Source: Chloroflexota bacterium (GTDB lineage Bacteria; Chloroflexota; Limnocylindria; Limnocylindrales; CSP1-4). Taken from it: a stretch of 64,000 nucleotides of DNA. A model generated the notes under the pieces. The model was given only the letters and a program-made list of their open reading frames with translations, did not search any database and was not told the DNA's origin. The position numbers and the translations under genes are program-made. Positions 60,202 through 64,000 of this stretch are shown here, one piece after another (the first letter of the stretch is position 1; the number at the start of each line of letters is the position of its first letter). The stretch is from assembly GCA_046045415.1 (NCBI GenBank), contig JBJOLT010000015.1, positions 5,988 through 69,987 of the forward strand, given 5' to 3'.

Positions 60202-60885
60202 TCCGCCGACCCGCTCCCCTGCCGACCGGCGGGTGGGGTGGCGGCGGCGACCGGATCCCTCGCCGGGCTGCTCGTGCTCGGTCGCCATCGTCGCGACGAG
60301 GCGGTGGAAACGGGTCTCCCCCGCGAGCTCCGGATGGAAGGCGGTCGCGATGACGTTCCGCTCGCGGACGGCGACGATCCGGCCGTCCTCGAGCCGGGCG
60401 AGGACGTCGACGCCGGGCCCGACCCGCTCGATGACCGGCGCGCGGATGAAGACCGCCCGGACCGGCTGGTCGCCGAGGACGGGGACGGGAAGGTCCGCCT
60501 CGAACGAGTCGAGCTGGCGGCCGAACGCGTTCCGCGCGACCGTGACGTCGAGGAGGGGGAAGACCGGCTCGTCCCCGCCCGAGATCTCCTTCGCGAGGAT
60601 GATCATCCCGGCGCACGTCCCGAAGATCGGCGCGCCGCGGGCCGCGAGCTCGAGCACCGGCTCCCGGAGCCCCCATCGATCGATCAGCTTCCGCATCGTC
60701 GTGCTCTCGCCGCCGGGGAGGATCAGGCCGCTCACCCCGGCGAGGTCGCGGGGAAGGCGCACCTCGACCGCCTCGACGCCGATCCGGCGGAGGAGCTGGA
60801 CGTGCTCGATGAACGCCCCCTGGAGGGCAAGGACCCCGATCCTCACGAGAGGGGTGCCGCCGCGCGGATCGCTCGCACCGGCCAC
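60199..60885 (-). CDS. pdxT: Pyridoxal 5'-phosphate synthase glutaminase subunit PdxT.
   Basis: RIGVLALQGAFIEH...GTCAGMI (the catalytic Cys) ...FHPE. The start may lie at a GTG just upstream of VRIGVL. Confidence 0.85.
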   Translation of the reverse strand: MAGASDPRGGTPLVRIGVLALQGAFIEHVQLLRRIGVEAVEVRLPRDLAGVSGLILPGGESTTMRKLIDRWGLREPVLELAARGAPIFGTCAGMIILAKEISGGDEPVFPLLDVTVARNAFGRQLDSFEADLPVPVLGDQPVRAVFIRAPVIERVGPGVDVLARLEDGRIVAVRERNVIATAFHPELAGETRFHRLVATMATEHEQPGEGSGRRRHPTRRSAGERVGG

Positions 60886-60898
60886 CCGAGCCGGCCCA

Positions 60899-61783
60899 CT
60901 ACCAGCCGCGGACCGCCAGGCGCTCGTGCTCCGGGATCGCCTCGAGGGCGATCCCTCGCATCGCCCCGCCGAGCCCCTTCGAGACGTCGGCGATGATCGC
61001 CGGGTCCTCGAAGTGCGTCGTCGCCTGGACGATCGCGTTCGCCATCCTCGCCGGCGACTCGCTCTTGAAGATCCCCGAGCCGACGAACACCCCCTCGGCC
61101 CCGAGGTGCATCGCGAGCGCGGCGTCCGCCGGGGTCGCGATCCCGCCGGCGACGAAGTTCACCACCGGGAGCTTCCCCGCACGGGCGACCTCGCGGACGA
61201 GGTCGAGCGGCGCCTGCAGCTCCTTCGCCGCGACGAAGAGCTCGTCGTCGCGCATCGACGCGAGCCGGCGGATCTCGGCGTTCACGGTCCGGATGTGGCG
61301 GACGGCCTCGACGATGTTCCCGGTCCCCGCCTCGCCCTTCGTCCGCATCATCGCGGCGCCCTCGCTGATCCGGCGGAGGGCCTCGCCGAGGTTCCGCGAG
61401 CCGCAGACGAACGGGACCTTGAAGGCGTGCTTGTCGATGTGGTTCGACTCGTCGGCGGGGGTGAGGACCTCCGACTCGTCGATGTAGTCGACGCCGAGCG
61501 CCTCGAGGACCTGCGCCTCGACGATGTGGCCGATCCGGGCCTTCGCCATGACCGGGATCGTCACGGCGTCCATGATCCCGACGATCATCTCGGGGTCGCT
61601 CATCCGGGCGACGCCGCCCGAGGCGCGGATGTCGGAGGGGACGCGCTCGAGCGCCATGACGGCGACGGCGCCGGCGTCCTCCGCGATCTTCGCCTCGTCG
61701 GGGGTGACGACGTCCATGATGACGCCGCCCTTGAGCATCTGCGCGAGGCCCGTCTTGGTCGCCCAGGTGGAGGTCTCGGTCAT
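60899..61783 (-). CDS. pdxS: Pyridoxal 5'-phosphate synthase lyase subunit PdxS.
   Basis: [27 protein letters not shown]...[11 protein letters not shown] is a canonical PdxS sequence. Confidence 0.9.
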   Translation of the reverse strand: MTETSTWATKTGLAQMLKGGVIMDVVTPDEAKIAEDAGAVAVMALERVPSDIRASGGVARMSDPEMIVGIMDAVTIPVMAKARIGHIVEAQVLEALGVDYIDESEVLTPADESNHIDKHAFKVPFVCGSRNLGEALRRISEGAAMMRTKGEAGTGNIVEAVRHIRTVNAEIRRLASMRDDELFVAAKELQAPLDLVREVARAGKLPVVNFVAGGIATPADAALAMHLGAEGVFVGSGIFKSESPARMANAIVQATTHFEDPAIIADVSKGLGGAMRGIALEAIPEHERLAVRGW

Positions 61784-61938
61784 GATCGGATCGGTCCTTC
61801 AGCGGTGGTGGTCGCGCCGAACGCCGCCGGGACGGCCCCGGCCCCGCGTCCGCACCTGATCATTCGCGGCCACCGCCTCCGCGGATTATCGCACGCGTGG
61901 TCGAACGGCCCGGCGACCGTCCGGTCCGGTCGCCGGGC

Positions 61939-62727
61939 TCATCGCCCCCCGCCGAGGACGAGCCAGCGGCAGCCGAGGAGCTCCGCGCACCGGAGCTCGC
62001 CCGCGGGCGTCCCGGCGACCCGGAGGACGACCGTCGCGACCGGCGGATCCCCCGGCGGCCGCGTCGGCACGAGGCGGAGCGTCGCGGCGCCGATCGCCGC
62101 GTCACGGGCGCCGCGACCGGCGAGCGACGGCCGGAACGGCCCGATCCCCGCGCCGACGAGGAGACGCATCCCGATCCGGTGGGTCTCGGCGACCGGGAGC
62201 TCGAGCCGCTCGAGCCTCACGGGTCCGCCGATCGGATGGGCCTCGGCCGCCCGCGCCGCCCGCTCCGCGGGCGTCCATTCGGCCGCGGCGCCGTCGTGCT
62301 CGATGAGGAACGGGGGTTCGAGGGGGCCGAGGCGGGACGCGGCGGCGAGCCGCCAGCGGACGACCCGGCCGTCCGGCCGCGTCCGCTCCCCGTCCAGCGG
62401 CCCGGCGAGGTCGGCGCCGCCGGCCCGCAGCCGGTCGACCTCGACGTCGAGCCGCTCGGTCGCCACGGCCCACGTCGCGAGCCCGCCGCCCGCCGCGAGC
62501 GTCCGGACGGTCGGCGCCCCGACCCAGGAGGCGGCGGCGAGCGTCGGGTCGCGCACCCCGATCAGCTCGAGGTAGGTGTCGCCGAGCCAGACGAGCCGGT
62601 TGAAGGTCCCGAGCCGCGCATGGTCGCCACCGCCGGTCGCCCGGAGGCCGAGCTCGCGCTCGAGGAGCGCCGCCGCGCCGTCGGGGTCGGCGACGGCGAT
62701 GACGAGGTGGTCGATCCGGGTCGGCAC
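61939..62727 (-). CDS. VOC-family (glyoxalase/bleomycin-resistance/dioxygenase) protein.
   Basis: IDHLVIAVADPDGAAALLERELGL is the VOC beta-alpha-beta-beta-beta N-terminal module. A GTG start is proposed; the upstream part of the ORF is Arg-rich. Confidence 0.55.
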   Translation of the reverse strand: MPTRIDHLVIAVADPDGAAALLERELGLRATGGGDHARLGTFNRLVWLGDTYLELIGVRDPTLAAASWVGAPTVRTLAAGGGLATWAVATERLDVEVDRLRAGGADLAGPLDGERTRPDGRVVRWRLAAASRLGPLEPPFLIEHDGAAAEWTPAERAARAAEAHPIGGPVRLERLELPVAETHRIGMRLLVGAGIGPFRPSLAGRGARDAAIGAATLRLVPTRPPGDPPVATVVLRVAGTPAGELRCAELLGCRWLVLGGGR

Positions 62728-62783
62728 GTGCGCAGCGTAGCGCCGCGACGACGCGCCCCCGGGGCGGTACCCTCTCGTGGCGC

Positions 62784-62975
62784 ATGGAGGGTCCGATGAC
62801 GAGCGACTACGCGACGACGCGCGAGCGGCTCCTAGCTGAGCACGCCGAGGCGCGGCGCCGCCGCGACGCGGCGGAGCACGGGAGCGACGCCCACCGAAAG
62901 GCGATCGCCGAGGTCGGCCGGATCGAGGTCGAGCTCGCGCGACTCGCGAGGGACCAGGACCCGCCGCTCGTCTGA
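62784..62975 (+). CDS. Small hypothetical protein (63 aa, helical and charged).
   Basis: A non-junk ORF in the 320-nt intergenic region. It runs in the same direction as the downstream HNH gene. Confidence 0.3.
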   Translation: MEGPMTSDYATTRERLLAEHAEARRRRDAAEHGSDAHRKAIAEVGRIEVELARLARDQDPPLV

Positions 62976-63050
62976 CGCGGCGCGATCCGCGAGCTGCCCG
63001 GTCCGTGGTCCGCACGGACCGCGACCCGGACCCCTGCTAGCATCGCGGCG

Positions 63051-63566
63051 ATGGATGGGGTCGTCCTCGTGCTCAACCAGAACTACGAGCCGCTGAACGT
63101 CTGCAACCTGCCTCGCGCGTTCCGGCTCGTCTTCGGGTCGAAGGCCGAGGTGATCGAGTACGACCACCAGGTGATCCGGACGCCACGGGAGAGCTACCGC
63201 GCCCCGTCGGTGATCCGGCTCCAGCACCAGGTCCGCCGGCCGCGGCCCCGGGTGAAGCTCTCGCGCCGGGAGGTCTTCAATCGCGACCGGCACACCTGCC
63301 AGTACTGCGGGCGGCAGGCGAACGACCTGACGCTCGACCACGTGGTCCCGCGCCGCCATGGCGGCGGCCACTCGTGGGAGAACCTCGTCGCCGCCTGCAA
63401 GGCGTGCAACCACCGCAAGGGCTCCCGGACCCCGGAGGAGGCGCATCTCAGGCTCGTCCGCCCGCCGTTCGAGCCGCGGAGCGACGTCTACTCGCTCTTC
63501 ACCCCCTACCTGGACGACGCGCGGAACGAGGCCTGGCGCGGCTACCTCTTCCTCGGTCGGAGCTGA
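63051..63566 (+). CDS. HNH endonuclease (small stand-alone protein, 171 aa).
   Basis: A Cys4 zinc site (CQYCG...CKACN) and the HNH catalytic His in LDHVVPRRHGGGHSWENL. Confidence 0.85.
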   Translation: MDGVVLVLNQNYEPLNVCNLPRAFRLVFGSKAEVIEYDHQVIRTPRESYRAPSVIRLQHQVRRPRPRVKLSRREVFNRDRHTCQYCGRQANDLTLDHVVPRRHGGGHSWENLVAACKACNHRKGSRTPEEAHLRLVRPPFEPRSDVYSLFTPYLDDARNEAWRGYLFLGRS

Positions 63567-63610
63567 GGCGATCGGCGCGCCGGTCGCCCCGCCCGCGCTC
63601 CCCCCGGCGG

Positions 63611-64000
63611 TGGGGGCGCTCCTCGACGAGCTGGTGGACGCCGGTCACGCGGCCTTCGTCGTCGGCGGGTCCCTCCGCGACGCGCTCCTCGGCCGACCGG
63701 CGGAAGACTGGGATCTCGCGACGGACGCACGGCCGGAGCGGCTCCTCGAGCTCCACCCCGAGGCGCTCTACAAGAACCGCTTCGGGACGGTGATCGTCCG
63801 GCGCGACGAGGTCGCGTACGAGATCACGACGTTCCGGAGCGACCACGAGTACACGGACTTCCGCCGGCCGGGGCGGGTCGAGTTCGGGTCGTCGATCGAG
63901 GAGGACCTCGCTCGCCGGGACTTCACGGTGAACGCGATGGCGTGGGGGCGCCGACCCGGCGAGGCCGCCCCCGCGTACGTCGACCCGTACGGCGGCCGTG
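63611..64000 (+). CDS. tRNA nucleotidyltransferase / poly(A) polymerase head-domain protein (CCA-adding enzyme family). The 3' end is truncated by the window edge.
   Basis: AFVVGGSLRDALLGRPAEDWDLATDARPE...RRDFTVNAMA is the PolA_pol_head signature. The GTG start is inferred. Confidence 0.75.

Overview
This is a very high-GC (about 72%) chromosomal segment that looks actinobacterial. Supporting this: an F420-dependent G6PD (Fgd), UPF0182, GuaB3, a GlbO-like truncated haemoglobin and MreBC. Coding density is high and most genes are on the minus strand. Many long Arg/Pro/Gly-rich 'shadow' ORFs appear on the opposite strand or in other frames and were discounted.

From left to right the window contains:

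- A partial CPA-family cation/proton antiporter.
- A clear heliorhodopsin gene, arranged tightly and co-directionally as transaldolase, heliorhodopsin, antiporter.
- A partial myo-inositol catabolism locus (iolE, an rbsACB-like ABC importer, iolD, iolB).
- An EamA exporter and a stand-alone PTS Enzyme I.
- ogt, tRNA-Pro(TGG) and a DedA protein.
- A nucleotide house-cleaning array (rph, rdgB, mazG) and a PrsA-like parvulin.
- A roughly 15 kb cell-envelope glycopolymer cluster. It has WbpA/B/E/D-like enzymes for UDP-2,3-diacetamido-2,3-dideoxy-hexuronic acid, a WecB-type 2-epimerase, a WecC-type UDP-ManNAc dehydrogenase, four GT4 glycosyltransferases (three tandem paralogs translationally coupled by GTGA overlaps), a Wzm/Wzt ABC-2 exporter and a GT2 polyprenyl-phosphate sugar synthase.
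- A secreted protein with FlgD-Ig-like repeats sitting where mreD would be expected, followed by mreC, mreB and radC.
- An envelope module of CPBP protease, zinc-ribbon membrane protein, polytopic membrane protein and UPF0182.
- guaB3, trHb and guaA.
- NUDIX and the c-di-AMP receptor DarA, with an antisense GAF-GGDEF gene (degenerate GPDEF motif) inserted between darA and tmk.
- tldD/pmbA, fgd and a DCC-family oxidoreductase.
- An AAA-ATPase/R3H protein with an RGG-rich disordered linker.
- A tandem-GNAT protein, pdxT/pdxS and a VOC protein.
- An HNH endonuclease and a partial CCA-adding enzyme.

No CRISPR array, rRNA, transposase or integrase was seen.
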